A stretch of 64,000 bases of DNA from Vicugna vicugna (Eukaryota), in the NCBI GenBank assembly GCA_013265495.1, contig MU057701.1:248001-312000 (forward strand), written 5' to 3'. Position numbers and translations under genes: made by a program. Shown one piece after another: positions 1 through 13,732 of the stretch; the stretch's first letter is position 1; every line of letters begins with the position of its first letter. The notes beneath the pieces are model-generated. The model worked only from the letters and a program-made list of their open reading frames with translations. It was not told the DNA's origin and ran no database searches.

Positions 1-100
1 CTCAGTTTTTCCATCTGTAAAATGGAGTCAATAGCAGCCCCACAGGAGAGGGTTGTAGTGAGGACAAAATGAGTTAAAACATAAACACTTGATAAGCATG
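1..100 (+). mobile_element. MIR SINE fragment
   Basis: MIR core ctcagtttttccatctgtaaaatgg...gggttgtagtgagga...aatgagttaa. Confidence 0.8.
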
Positions 101-2354
101 TTAACTAACTGATGTGTGCTAGCTGCTGGTGGTCACAGGAGTTCTGGTAGCACAGGAACAACTGCTTGACCCCAGAAGGCTCCCCTCTGCAGGCTTTGGT
201 CCTGTGTCCCTTGTGCATCTGCAAAGTCTAGCAAGAAACCAGAGCAACTGCAACTGTTAGGGTAGCGGAGGCTCCCAGTTCAGGCTGTCTGACTGGGCGG
301 CCTCCGGGGAGCCAGGCTTTATGTCGATGACTTAGGGAGAGGGCCGACTTCTCCCCCGACTTTCAGTGGGCCTGGGACGGAGTGGTGGGTAATAGATTCA
401 GAAGCCCCCAGAGAGGAGGTAACATTTAGTGATGTCCAAACACAGATTGCTTCCTCATCAGGTGAGGACCATGGGCCCTCACCAGCCTTACCCCGCGCGC
501 TCTCCAGGCAGAATCCCACTGCATTCCAAGCCGCTCCCGCCTGTCTCTGTGTCTCTCGCCAGCATTTCTCTTGCTTAATAGTGAGGAGCTGCAGCACGGC
601 TTCCCATTAACTTTCATCCTCCCCATAAACAGCCTGCTTGACTCACAGCGACAATTGTTCTGCTCTGTTCCCGGGGGGTTCTCCATCATCCTCTCGCTCC
701 CAGCCAGCCTGTAACCGCCGAGGCCCAGCCCGCCGACGCCCCACTCACCAGCCCTGCTGTGCTGAGAGGGAGGAAAGCTGGGTTTTACATTTGGTTTACT
801 TTTCTCTTTTGCCTTCAAGCAAAGGCCCCAGGCCTCAGCTCCAAACCTCCTGGAGGAAGTGGAGGAAAGTGAGCTGTCCCTGGGAACGAAAGGTCCAGGA
901 GGCAGGGGAGGGACCACAGGCACAGGACATGTGCCCTGGAACCCGGAGCTGGCAACAGAGACAGGGGTGTGGGTGTGGCCTCTGGGATGAACAGGGAGGG
1001 GCACAGGAGGACTGGCAGGGGCTAGTGGCCACGTCCTCCAGACCCTGAGTCTGGGCACAGCCGGAAAGAAGTGGGTGAAGCAGCCCGGGGAGGCCACTTG
1101 GAGAGGGCACTAGTGTCCCTGAGCCAAGGCTGCTTTCCAGGGGCGATGGATGCTTAGTCTAAAGCCGGATAGGGGTGGGCATGAATTCACCTTGGGGAAT
1201 CCTCCCTCTCTGCCTCAAATTAGCAGGTGACTGTGAGTGAGACTTTCGTCCCAGAGCCTGGATTCCAGCTGCCTTCTTGTCTCTGCTCTGTACCCCCACC
1301 ATGCAGAGGGACAGAACTTTCTCAAAACTTCAAGGTTCCCTCTGGTTCCGAGACCCTGCCATCTCCCATCTCTGCCCCCAGCCCAGGCCCTCCACCTCCA
1401 GCCACCGCATGGACCTCCTCTGACCTCCCCAGATGTGCTCCAACCGCCTACCTCTTCCCTCCGGGCCTCAGCAGTGCCAGTCCCTCTGCCTGGAGCTCAT
1501 CCACCCTGTCTTCCCGCGGCCGGTTCCTGCTCGTCCTTCACGACCCAGCTCCAGTGCCAGTTCCTTGGGCAGCTTCCCTGACCCCATTACAGGCTCCCCA
1601 GCACCTTTGGTGATGCCAAGTCAAGAGAGTCTGGCTCGCTCCCCGCTGTGGCCCAGTGTCCCGCCTGGCGCCTGGCACACGGTAGGCCCTCGGCACGGTG
1701 GTTGCTGACTTGAACTGAGGGGGGACTGGATGGCTGTCAATCCACAGCTGCTCCACCAGCACTGGAGGGGTCCTTGTGGGGGGAGATGGCACTGACATGC
1801 TCTCTCTGGCTCCAGAGAGAATGGAAGGTACCAGGTCCAGCAATAATGAAGCCCTTCCAGAAACATCACCAGGCAGTGGACCGAGCACAGTCAGGACATC
1901 CGGTGCTCTGAGGGTTGGGGACAAAGAGACAGGGCCCTGGGTGCGGCTGAATAGCCCAGGTGCTGAGTCCCGTCCAAGCCCAGGGCTCGGTGTCTCCTCA
2001 CCAAGTGACCTGGAAGCATCAGGGTCCCCGCAGGTGAGGGAGAATTTTAACCTGGCACTCTGGACTGTGGGTGCCGGCGGCAGTGACAGGGGACTTGAAA
2101 ACTGGGTTGGAACCCAGGTTCTGGCTGACCAGGAGGAGCTGTTCCCAACCCTGGGGAGATACAGGAAGTGGATCTGCATTCCCAGCAGCCTGCCCCTCAT
2201 CCCTCCCCACCTGCCTGTCAGAAAATGCTGGTGACCCAGCAAGCGTGTGCCCCTCAAGACACTGGCTCTCTCTGCCTCCCATCTTCCTGTTTCCCGTCTC
2301 CCGTCTACGGTTCTCAAACAGAACAGGGAGGCAGGGCAGCACCGTGGGGAGAGC

Positions 2355-2535
2355 TCTGGTTCCGGAGCCAGACGGGAGCAGGTGAGAAGCCTAACTTGGC
2401 TGCTTGAGGCTCTGCTACCTCGGGTAAGTTACTTGCCTTCTCGGAGCCTTGTCTTTCTTGTGTGTAAAATGGAGCTCCTGTTTCATAGGTTATTTTGAGG
2501 CTTAAACGAGAAAATGTAAAGAGTTTAGCACGGGG
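2355..2535 (+). mobile_element. MIR SINE
   Basis: Degenerate MIR core (gggtaagttactt...tgtaaaatgg...cataggttattttgagg). Confidence 0.7.
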
Positions 2536-2839
2536 CTTTGCAGGGAGTCCGTGATGAACAGAAACCAGCTCTTGTCAGCCCACTGGTCACAGGACTAAGG
2601 GACAGCTGGGTCATCTTGCTGGGCCTTCTAACAGCAGGGGGCTTTGCCCATTTTGAAGGCCGCTATGTCATGGGTATCTGAGGACAAGGAAGAGTCCGTG
2701 TCAGTCCTGATAGGGCACAAAACTGGCCTGCTCCCTTCTGATAGGACCAGCTGCCTCTTTGTCACTAGAGCAGGGCTGATTACCCTCATAGCAGCTTCCA
2801 CGTTGTCCCAGGCACGGTGACATTGAAAGACTGCCTTAA

Positions 2840-3005
2840 CTTGTTTAATCCCCTAAACAGCCCTCTGAAAATTTTCTCATTTATGATCTCCATTTCACAG
2901 ATGGGAAAAAGTGAGACACAGAGAGATTAATTAGGACCCCAGATCACACAGCTAGTAGATGTCAGAGCCAGGACTCAGACCCGAGAGAATGATTTCAGAA
3001 CCTAC
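2840..3005 (-). mobile_element. MIR SINE
   Basis: ccatttcacagatggg...gatcacacagctagtagatgtcagagccaggactc, the reverse MIR core. Confidence 0.75.
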
Positions 3006-3177
3006 CATCTTCATGGTATCTGGCCTCGGGATGATCCAAAGGTATCATCTCGACTTGTAGCCCCTGCACAGGGCACGGCATTGGGAATTTAGACTGTGAT
3101 CGGGGAGAAGAGCGATAAGCAACGTCTGCCATGGGCTTAGGAAGGGAGGATTCAGGTCTGTGCAGGCTACTTCTGTA

Positions 3178-3391
3178 TCACAGACCACAGCACTAATGCC
3201 ATTTTTGGTCGGACCATTCTTTGCTGTGCGGAGCTGTCCTGTGCACCATGGGATGTTTGGCAGCGCCCCTGGTCTCCACCCACTAGTTGCCAGTAGTACC
3301 AGTCTCCCCTCTCCACCAAGTTCTGACAGTCCAAACTGTCTCCAGGCATCATCTCCCAGGAGGCAAACTCTTCCCTGGTTGGGAACCTCTG
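3178..3391 (-). mobile_element. MER20 (hAT-Charlie) DNA transposon relic
   Basis: gctgtcctgtgcac...atgtttggcagc...cccactagttgccagtag...tgtctccag...ggttgggaacctctg matches the reverse MER20 consensus as recalled. Confidence 0.8.
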
Positions 3392-4225
3392 CGTTGGAGC
3401 AGGCGGTGCGGGGTGGGCCAAAGAGCACTGAACTCGGAGTCAAGAGACTTGGCTCTGTCACCAGCCAGCCTGTCCCTCTGGAAATAGCCCCTCATCTCCC
3501 CAGGGGTCAGGCTCTTAACGTGTAAAGTGAACGGGATGAAGTAGATGGTCCCAAGGTCTCCTTCTAGAAGTTTATGATTCCGCTCTGTGTATCTCCTTCC
3601 CTCACGCAAGCCCTTCAGTTAAAACTTTCAGGTTATTGGAGCACAGCTTTCCAAAGATCTGCAGAGCCAAACCAACCTGGAAAAGCCTGGAACCTGCAGA
3701 GCTGTTTCGCCCCTTGGAGCTTCATATTTGCTCATGAAAAGAATGAAAGAAACAACGAAGAAGAAGGGAAAAAAACCAAAACCTTGGTACTGAGATTTCA
3801 TACAGGCAGCAGTTATCAAGCAGAAAAATCAAGTAGAAAAATCAGAGAGACAATAACTGAACTCTCATTTCCCTGTGTTGGGAGAGAAACGAGCTCTTGG
3901 GGAAATCTCTCTGACTCCATTCAATTATGAATCTCGGCAGGAAGCCTGGAAAATCCCGTCCGCTCTGGAGCAAGGGGTTGGAAGATGCGTGAGGCCGGCG
4001 CTCTGTGTTCTTGGAGAATTTGCAAAATAAAATGAAGGATAGCGGATGGTGAGAGAGTGAGGCTGAGGTCCCACCTCCCACCAAGGGCCAGGGAACTGGG
4101 CCGTGAGGATGGGGACTCCCGTGCTTGAGAGCCATCTCTCAGGTCCTCACAGCAGGCCTTTCTTGAAGTGGCGTCACGTTTGTGGAAGGAGACCTGGGTC
4201 AAGGGCTTAGTTCGTGGGCCGCCAG

Positions 4226-4280
4226 CAGGTAGGAAGCCTTTGTTTCAGGGGAACAGGTAGGAAGCCTTTGTTTTAGGGGG
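4226..4280. repeat. 28-bp tandem duplication
   Basis: caggtaggaagcctttgttt(c/t)agggga occurs twice with period 28 and one mismatch. Confidence 0.9.
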
Positions 4281-7084
4281 ATGGGGGAGAAACCACCACG
4301 AATGGGAGCTTTCTCTGTGCTGGCCTCACATGCTTTTGTTTCCCTGATGCCTCATGGCAGCTGCACAAGGTCTGTGAGGATCCCCACTCAATAGATGAGG
4401 AAACAGGGAACCATTAACTGATGAGCCCAGCAAGGGTTTTCCCAGGTGACTGAGCTCCCAAGAGGCTGAAATTCACAGGTTCCACGTGGGAACATGGAGA
4501 CTGGCGTTCAGCATTCCAGTTCCCCAAGACTATGTCCCCTTCCCCTCCCCTGGGTTCTGTGGTCTCCTGGGAACCTGCACTCATTTTCACACCTCGTAAG
4601 AGCATCACAGACCCGCCCTGAGGAATGACGTGTGGCCCCGGCCCATGAGAACTAGGTTGGAATCTCTTGGTTGGAACCCCCGATGAAGGTGTGGGTGGTT
4701 AGGGGTTACGGCTCTCCTGGATGCAAGAAACCAACTTCCTCTTACTTGGTCCTAAAGGAAGACTTTATTGGAAGAATGTGGAGAGTCCAAAGGGATGAAA
4801 GGAGCTTAACAGTCAAGATTGAGGAAGGGGAGAATCAGAAACTTACGTAACTAGCATCATGGACCACTGAGAACACCTCATTTGTGAGCTCCCCTGAGTC
4901 TCCTAGCCCTTGAATCTCCTCTGCTTCTGACCCAAACTCCAAACTCCTAAGAGAGCATCTGATTGATCCAGCTTGGGCCAGGTGTGTGCCTGGAGCAGGG
5001 CCATGCGATGCAGCCATCGGGGGGACTCTGTGAGAGACACATTCCCAGAAAAAGGGGCTCCCCACAGGTGTACCCCAGGGGTACATCAGAGACTCAGGAT
5101 GGGCTGAGCACCAAGCCGATGGCCCGCCCCTTCTTTCCCCATCTTCTGCCCTCTGAGTCACTGCCCAGCTGTCCCAGCATAATATCCTTGGCGTCCAAGA
5201 CCTCTAGAGGTGCCTCCATTTACCAGACTAACTGTGATCTCCAGGTTCCAGGTTTAAAGAGACAGAGTTTGGGGGCAGAAATAGAGTTCTCTCTGTGAAT
5301 CCTGGGGGAAGAAGCCTGAACCGGAACGAGTTCAGACAGACCCCCAGTCCTCCGCTGGACACTGAACTAGAGCCCAGCTCCATTGAAACGGGTGCCATCT
5401 TTCTTCTGTTGCTGATGACAACAAGGGTGACTTCTTTCCCAAATCCTCCTCTAGCCCCACTCCGACTGTCCCAGTGGGGAAACACCCTTAGGGACCTAAT
5501 AGCTCACCTAGACTGCTGAAGAGGAGACGAAGTATCTGAGAGATGGAACCCCCTGTCCGCCACCTGGATACAGACTAGAGCTGAAGGAGGGGCCAGGTCT
5601 CTGGGGAATCCACTCTCCTCTCTTGGGTCAGAAACAGTGCAAGTCAGGGCCCATCACTGCTCAAGACGCTCTCTCCTTGTGACTGACAGTGAGTGAGGGG
5701 TGAGGCAGGCTGCATTTAAGGTCCCTTGCCAACCTCCCCGCTCCCTGCTCCTGGCAGCGTGGACACTGAGGATGCCACAGTCTGTCTGGCAGCTGCAGGA
5801 AGCTGGTGACTCTGAGCCAAAGTTTAAATGTGTCCCTCCTCCCAGGGCGCTGCGGTGAGAGGGGGAGCAATAAAGGGAGAGCTTGTTAATCCTGGGAGAG
5901 CCGAGCCTGCATCTCCCAGGCAGCTGGGCTCCTCTGGGACTGAAATAAGATGCCCATGAGGCCCCAGGGTAGGGCCCTCAAACCTAACAGGTCGCATTCC
6001 CACGGAGCCAGCCTGGGAATAGAATCGGAGACGTGCAGAGCCTTGGGGGACTGGCGGTCATTGAATTAGTCATGGGGAGACTTTTCCAGCTTCAGGAAAG
6101 TCACAGCGGCACCTTGGGGCCAATGGCATTGAATCCAGGATCCTTCCAGGGTGATCCAGACCCCCTCTATGACTGCTGCTCCACCTGCTTTATTCAGCTT
6201 CAGCACCACCCCCACCAACTCCCCATGCACGCTCTCTTTCAGAAGCTCACTCCCCAGACACACCTCTGGGCTTCTCCCTCCCGCCTTCCCCACCTGGGCT
6301 GCCACAGGTCAAATCCTACCCACTCCTCACTGCTCCCCAGAGCTGCCCCAGACACCCTGTCCAGCACTTAGCCCTCCTTCTCTGAAAGCCTCATAGCACG
6401 TGTCACTGGCTCTCCTGTTCTAAGGTGATGCGGACACTCACCTCCCCAGCCAGGCTAGGTATTCTCGCTGGCAGGACCCAAGTTTGGGTTCCCACAGAGC
6501 CTGGCATCGATAGATGAATGGATACTGAATTAAAAGAATGGGCAAAGTGTTGAATAGATGAGCCACGTCTCCATCAAAAGAAAGACCCCAAACAGATCCT
6601 GGAGGGACAATGAGGCACTTCAATGATCTAATAAGCTCACTTCAGAAAGGAGAAGAGAGCATGTGGGAATCTACCCCAGGAGCTGGTGCCCAAAGAGACT
6701 GCCCGGGCTCTGAATCCCAGGCAGTTGGCCATGGACAGGACACGGAGGGCTCCTCCCCAAACTACAGTCCAGAAACACTCTCATCTGAAGGCATCTCCAA
6801 GAAACGAGGGGTTAAAAACTACATCCTCACCCTCCGCATCATCAAGATTGAACCTTCTCAAAATGCTCTGACCTACATGGGGCTCGTTGGGCCTCACTTC
6901 AGCTCTGAAAGATCTAAAAACATTTCTCCATATTCCAGATCAGGAGACGCTCTCCAGACTCTGCAGCCTGGGACGACGTGCTCTCTGAAACTCTGGCCTC
7001 CTCCTTTCCTCAGTGGTCACTGAGTGGCTGTGCGCCGGGAAAGCTGCAGGGTGGTGGGGACCCTGCCTGCCTTGCTGTCCCCTT

Positions 7085-7450
7085 GTATTATTGATTATCA
7101 CTGTAACAGAAACACGCCCAAATGTAGACTGTCTGAAATGTAATAGAAGTGGGTTTATCGCTCGTGGAGCAGTTTAAAGTGGGTAGTCCTCTTCGTGGAT
7201 GGCCTTCCTCCACAGTGGGATTCAGGGACCCAGGCTGCTCCTGTCTTGTGGCACCACCATTCCCTGGGCTGGTGGAGGGACGCTGTGGAGATGGAGAGGC
7301 ACCTCCACTTCTCTAGAGCCTTCTCCAGGAAGGACACACATCACTTCTGCTTGCATCCCATTGGCCAACTTGGTCACATGGCCCCATCTCACTACAAAGG
7401 AAGCTGAGAGACAGAGTGTAGCCATGTGCCCAAGAAGAAGAGAGCCTGCA
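7085..7450 (-). mobile_element. Old MaLR LTR (MLT1K/L-like)
   Basis: catcccattggccaacttggtcacatggccccatctcactacaaaggaagctgaga, typical of old MLT1 elements. Confidence 0.6.
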
Positions 7451-7949
7451 TTCTGAGTGAGCAGATGCTCTGCCACATCTCTGAGTCCCCAGCGTCTAGG
7501 GCGTAGCAGGTGCTCCAAAGTCTAAGTTGGATGAAGGAATTGAAGGTCATCATGGCTTAACGGGGTCTTACAGAGAGTCACTTACAAGCCAGGGAGCTAA
7601 GGCTCCCACAAGGAAGCCCAGCCCAGCCCAGGCTGCCGCTCTAAGCCCGGAGTTTCTCTGTAGGAACCCTTGGAGAGGTTTCCCAGCCGACTGCCTCCTC
7701 GCAACTGGAGAGAGGCCAGCTCTTAGGAGACACCAGCGTGTGCCAATTGGGAAATCACAGTGATTAGGAGGGCCCTCTGGAGCCTGGCATGGAAGTGGAG
7801 GAATTATGAAGGGTGCTCAGAGGGGGAGTTATAGGGGGCTGGAGTCAAGGCAGGGCAAAGAGCTGGAGGGGTGGGAGAGACATGGAGCCTGGGTTTGTTG
7901 GTGGCAGCTTGGAGTACCAGATGCCTGGCCAGGGCCTCTGCCCCAACCC

Positions 7950-8375
7950 TGTCTCATGGGCTGAACTGTGTCCCCTCCAACTCCTGTGTTGAAGTCCTAA
8001 CCCCAGTACCTCAGAATATGACTGTACTTGGAAATAGGGTCTTTATAGAGATTATTCAAGTTAAAATGAGGTCCTTAGGGTGGGCCCTGATCAAATGTAA
8101 GTGGCTTCCTTATGAAAAGGGCAAATTTGGAGACACACACACACGTGTGCAGAAGAGGAAGGCAGAAATCAGGGTGATGCGTCTACAAGCCAAGGAATGC
8201 CAACGATTGCCAGCACACCATCCAAAGCCAGGGGAGGGGCCTGGAAGATGCTCCCTCGAGCCCTGGGATGGAACCAAGTCTACTTGCACCTTCATCTTGG
8301 ACTTCTGGCCTCCAGAACCATGAAACACTGAATTGGTTTGTGGTACTTTGTTACGGCAGCTCTGGAAACAATACA
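7950..8375 (+). mobile_element. MaLR solo LTR (MLT1B/C-like)
   Basis: TG...CA termini; gggctgaactgtgtcccc, gaagtcctaacccc, ggacttctggcctccagaac, tgtggtactttgttacggcagc. Confidence 0.85.
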
Positions 8376-9109
8376 CGCTGACTCTCCGTGCCAGAATGAT
8401 CTTGGCCCATTCATTTCCATCCCAGGCTCTGTAAACACATCTAAGGACAAGAACCAGGGTCTCCCTAAACAAGCTCCCTGTTTGCTCTGCCCTGTGCTGC
8501 CTTTCTTTTATACCTCCTTGCTGCCCTTACCCCGTGCAGCTCCTTTCGGGAGTGGCTGTCCCTACAGAGCCTCAACCCCAGGTTACCCTCGTGGAGACCA
8601 CACAGCGAAGTCCCATCTCCTCAGCCCACCTGCAGGACACCACCACTAGCCCAGCCTCTTCTGTCTCTGCCTCTCCATTGCTGCTCTCCACCCAGGCCAG
8701 GCCAGGCCAGGCCACCTGAGGTTCCAGAGCACAAGGCTGGCCTGCCTGCCCGCTTTTGTACCTTTTGCTTGTACGGACCACTGTAGCGCCCCTCTGTCCA
8801 CATCGGCACCTCTGGAAAATCAACCTGCCGCCATGGGCAAGCTCTGCTCTCATGTCCATCCATCCCTGACCACTTGCTGTCCTGACCTGTGTGGGGTCTT
8901 GGATTGCCATCCCTCCTGCTCCAGCATCTCCACTTTCAATAAAAGGTTAACCCAGCCTCAAACATGAGCCGGTGCCCTTAGCCCCAAAGTCTGGGAAAAC
9001 AAGTTTTCCCACCAATAAGGAGTGTCAGGGACCCATGTTTTCCCGTCATGCTCCAGCCAATCAAAACTGCTTGTAGCTCTGAGAACACAGCGTGCCCTTC
9101 TGCCTCCAC

Positions 9110-9305
9110 AGTGTGGGAGGTAAGGGCATGGACTCTGAAGCCGGGCAGCCTGGGTTCAAACCCCAGCTAGGGCACTTAGTAGCAAATGGTGTCAGTAATC
9201 CTATCCACCTTGTAGGGCTAGTATGGAGTTCATAGATGTCAGGTGCTTAAAACAGAGCCTGGCACATAACAGATGCTAAGGGAATCCTTGATATTATTCT
9301 TATTG
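9110..9305 (+). mobile_element. MIR SINE (internally deleted)
   Basis: MIR head ggactctgaagccgggcagcctgggttcaaacccc and tail cttaaaacagagcctggcacata. Confidence 0.7.
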
Positions 9306-11296
9306 TGAGGATAACACTCTCCCTTCCACCTTCTTTCCCATCATTCCAGCCAAAACCCTGCATCCTTCAGTTCTTCACTTCTTCCACAAAGCCCTGGGTC
9401 CTTTCTGAAAAGGTCTGTATCCTCCTGGAAACATACAGCCCTACTGCTGGGCTGTTCCCATCCTTCCCATGGGACGTTAGGGTCAGGGGACCAGGCTCAT
9501 ACATTAAGCAGCCCTGGGAAAACATTAGAGGAGGAGCCGTTCGAGCAGGTGATTGGCAGCAGGTGGGAGACGCAGGCAGGCTCCCCACCTGAGATGTGGA
9601 TTTGGTGCATCTGGCCCTTGGACCAGGGCTGTGGCTGGCACAGATGACCCAGCTCACAGTGTACAGTCCAGGGAAACCATCCTAATCTGGACTAGTTACG
9701 AGATGGCCACTTTGAACTATTACAAAATCCGAATCGATAGCTATTTAGAAAAATAAGTGTGGTTTGATTATTTTCCAACATGTGATTCAAACGAAGCTGG
9801 TGGAAGGTTTGGCCCCACATGTGGTTCCCACCCTCACCTCCTCCTCCAGTCTAGGCGGCCTCCATCAGCAGCTGGGCCTCATCTGGGCTCTTCCATGCCT
9901 CTTATTGACCAGGGTTATGGGGATGTTCTGAAATCACATGTCTGAGCAGCCACCCCCGAAGAAGCATCTGTTCCCGGATGTGGGCCCCACACCTGAGCCC
10001 CAACCTTGGCTTTGAGCTCAGCCTCCACTTAAGATCCAAACCATCTCGTATCCCTTCTCCGGCTATCCAGCTCGTATCGCCCCCGGAAGTGATACCAGCC
10101 GAAACCTGCAGATACAGAGGGCCGACTCTAGTCACAGTCACCCTGTCCTGGAGCCGAAAGGGGCCTTGCCATGCCTGGCCTGCCCCTCCCCAGCTCCATG
10201 TACCCCACTGACCCAGAGCCGCCTTTTCCAAGGTCTGGAGACACCGTTGCCTCCTGCTTCACCGTCAGGAAACTGTCCTCTTGAAGCTTACCCAGCACCC
10301 TTGATTGTTACCTGGTTTCACTTCCTGATCTGTCTTGGGGAGGAAGGCCAGTGACCCACGCTGCATCAGAACCCTTTCCTGCGTTCACTGAGGGCTCTTG
10401 GAAAGGCAGCATTCGGGTGCTGTGGGAAGAACACTTGGGGAGACATCAAGAAGCTGGATTCCAGGGGCTGCCGCTCTGCCACGGGCATCCCCTGAGCCTC
10501 TTCTTGAAAATGGGGCAAAGAAGTCTTTCCTTTACCGCATTAGGCAGCTTGCCTCAGAGCTCAGAGCTGGATCTCTGCGCTGGGGCTTGGGAGAACAGGG
10601 CTTTCAATACCTCTAAGCCTCTTTCTTGCATCTTCAAAGGCGTGTTGTTACAAAGATGAGATGGGCTGATGCACTGACCGTGCTCGGCACATTAGTTTTC
10701 ATCTAAGCCTGAGCCCAGGGCGTGCACGCAGGCGCTGTGTCTTGGGTGGCCATCCTGGGGAGCCGGCATGGGGGAGGGCTGGGAGAGTGAGGCTGAGGGA
10801 ACATTTACCCACCAGCTCCCATCCTCCAGCTCAGAGGTTACCCTGGGGCAGTGGGGGAGGGGCGGTGCGCAATCCCTCGAAATTCAGTTCCACCTGCGCG
10901 CATGCGTGCGCTGCAGCTCCCCTGGGCAACCTACCCAGTGCCGTGGGCAAAAAGCAAGAAATAACTGGAGCAGCTGAATCGAGACAGCAGCAGGTGACAC
11001 CCGCATGGAGCTGACTGCTGCACTGAGGAATGGCTGGAGTAAACGATGGGCAGAGACGCAGGAGGTGGGGCAGAAAGTATGCTTTCAATGGGTGTGCCTT
11101 GCTGCCATTTGTGTCGGTGAGGATCTGATGAAGTAGGGCTTGTGAAAATGCATTGCAAGCGATAAGGAATTACACGAGTGAGCGCCATGATTATTAAGCC
11201 TCCCTCTAACGTTCTTTTCTCCAGGATTCCCTGAATTACGACGGACCTCTGAGGTGGCCTATTATGGAAGCTTAAGTCAGATGCTGAAATGACTCA

Positions 11297-11399
11297 TGGG
11301 GTGAACAACTTGTCCTGGTTTGTCTGTGACTCTCTTGGTTTCAGCGCTGACAGTGCTGCGTCCCCATGCCTGCCTGAGTCCTGGGGATCGGTCACCCTT
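11297..11399 (+). mobile_element. MER81-like (hAT-Blackjack) MITE
   Basis: Terminal inverted repeats ggggtgaacaac / gatcggtcaccct with internal gtcctggtttg...ggtttcagcgctga. Confidence 0.7.
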
Positions 11400-12159
11400 G
11401 CTGCGTATCAGGGCTTAACCTCAGGGCATGATCATCACAGTCCAGAAGGAAATCAGTAGGGAGACTCACCCGTGGAGGCTAAAATGTCACCCACGCTCGG
11501 TTCCCACCCCACTCCCCAGCCTCCACATCTGGACGGACCTGTGGTTCCTTCAGACACAACACCACACTTGCCTTACAATCAAAGATTCGGTTTCTTTTTC
11601 TCACTTTCAGTGAGCCTGGCTGGTTCACTTCCAGACGTTGTAGAAAATTCAGAAAATACAGAGAAAATGTAAAGGAGAAAATTTCAATTCACTCGGAAGT
11701 AAAACTGTGGATACATTTTAGGATATTTCTTTCCAGATGCTTCCTGTGCCTACTGAAATACCTTTAACAGGACGTATGTCAATGAATAGAGATGTTAACA
11801 CACGCACAGACTCCTGGACTTTTTCTCCACAAAATAGTCCTGGAATCCTAGAGCAGGAGGGGCTCCCTCTGGTGTGGTTCCCGAGTTTTACAGATAAAGA
11901 AATCACACGAGTGGTTTCCTGACCCTCAGGAGGAGGGGACCACCGGGTCTCTGGGAGCACAAGCCAGCGACCTCAGCACACCTTGGTACTCCTGCACTGT
12001 GGCCAGTCCGGGATCTCAAAATTAGCCGCCCTGAATGTCACTTGACAGAGAACACAGTAAATGGCGCGTTCACCGAGAGAAAACACACGTGAAGTGGATG
12101 GGCAACGGCTTTCTCTCTTACTTCTCACATCAGCCATTAATTTTCTCCCTATTAAATGC

Positions 12160-12540
12160 CTTGAGGCCAACACTAACAAAATTAAATTTGACAGGGATAA
12201 ATGTGAAGTCCTTAGGACTGAACACTCCACTCGACAAAAACAGGTTGGAGGAAGTGAGGCAGCTCTCGCGAAAAAAGTCCAAGGAGACTGAGTCACTGGG
12301 AACACCAGGTCCCATTAACAGAAGCACGGGGTCTAGAGAAGAGGAGGGGACAACACTGCTGTGCTCTGGGCTGGTCAGACCCAGCCCGGAACGCTGGGTT
12401 TGGTGGTGAGTGCTGTGCTTCTGAGCACTGGGAGCTGGGAGCTGACCCAGAGGAGGGGATGGGGCTGGAGAAAGATCTGGAACCCTCAATAATGAAATGG
12501 CTGAAGGAAATGAAGATGTTTGACCCAGGGAGGACTTTCA
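12160..12540 (+). mobile_element. L3/CR1 LINE relic
   Basis: Translates IKFDRDKCEVL, resembling the CR1 ORF2 motif MKFNxxKCKVL; also tgctctgggctggtcagaccc and tggctgaaggaaatgaagatgttt. A 3' remnant lies near 12985-13045. Confidence 0.7.
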
Positions 12541-13278
12541 TTTAAGGGAAATGCTTACATTCTTGATTCCAGGGGTGGGGAGCAATCTCTTTCACACTCC
12601 GTGTGCCGAAATGACTCCTGCCCTTCTCCCATAGCCCCCACTTCTTATGGGGGTAGTGGGGAGGCTGATGGGGGTGGGGTCAGGCTTCCAGCCTGGTAAC
12701 AGTGTCTGGCTGGGGGACTCATCTGGTCCCAACTGTTGGCAGCTGGCCAGCCACCTCTGGTCCTCAGTTTTGAGCTTCACTTTTTGTGCAAATCCTGGAC
12801 GGCTGGAAAACTAGCATGTCCTTCCATGCTGTTGGATACAATTCCTCTCTTCAGTGATTTGAAGAGTTGACACTTGATAGGTGATGGATACTTTTATTCC
12901 CCGGGATGATAAGTCATCCCTGTGGATGGAGTTTCGTGGAGGTAGATGGCCTCTCAGGAACTTGAAGCTAAAGCTGTTTGAAAAGAGAATGCTGTAGAAG
13001 GTGGTAAGGTCCCCGTCGCTGGCTGGAAGTAAGTAGAGGGGGAGGATTCAGGAACCTTCCCCAGTGCTTTGGAAGCCTAAGCCCGAGAGAGTGCATGAGT
13101 TTTGCTGTACACCCAACAAGAAGATGCTTTTACAGATGCCCCATACATGTGGCTTCTTAGACATCGCTGAGGGCCCCTGCAGTTGACAGGGCACAGGAAG
13201 ACCTAACAGGTCTGTCTGCCTTCCTGCAAGGCTGGACTCCAGTGACGAGTGAACGAGGCCCGCCGCACTTCCTGTCCC

Positions 13279-13732
13279 GTGTTAGCTTCCGAGGGCTGTT
13301 GTATAAGAAACTGTCACAACTGGGTGGCTTAGAAGAAACAGACTACTGTTGTCTCACAGTTCTGGAGGCCAGAAGTGTGAAATCTACGTGTCTGCAGAGC
13401 CCTGTCCTCTCTGAGTCTCTGATAGATCCTTCCTTGTCTCTTCCTAGCATTTGGTGGTTGCCTGTGGTCCCCGACATCCCTCGATGTGTAGACGCATCGC
13501 TCTGATCTGTGTCTTCACTTGGGCTTTTCCCATATGTATGTCTGTGTCCAGATTTCCCTCTTCTTGTAAGGACACCTGTCATTGGATTTAGGGCTGCATG
13601 AACTCAGTGTGATCTCGTCTTACCTTGATTACATCTTCAAGACTGTTTCCAAATAAGGTCACATTCATGGATACCAGGGGTTCTGACACCCGCAAAAGTT
13701 TTGGTGGGAGGGACACAGTTCTACCCATAGCG
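13279..13732 (-). mobile_element. MaLR solo LTR (MLT1B/C-like)
   Basis: ctgggtggcttag...tctcacagttctggaggccagaag...gtcattggatttaggg...tttccaaataaggtcacattc. Confidence 0.85.

Noticed and set aside
2335..2358. REST/RE1-like half sites (also near 6200 and 20030)
   Set aside because: Only isolated half sites or wrong spacing; no canonical 21-bp RE1.
426..2385. Long ORFs of 223 aa and 259 aa with overlapping frames
   Set aside because: Pro/Gly/Ser-rich translations typical of GC-rich intron, with no recognisable domain or exon structure.
4226..4280. CRISPR-like direct repeat
   Set aside because: Two adjacent copies with no spacer in eukaryotic intron DNA; a simple tandem duplication.
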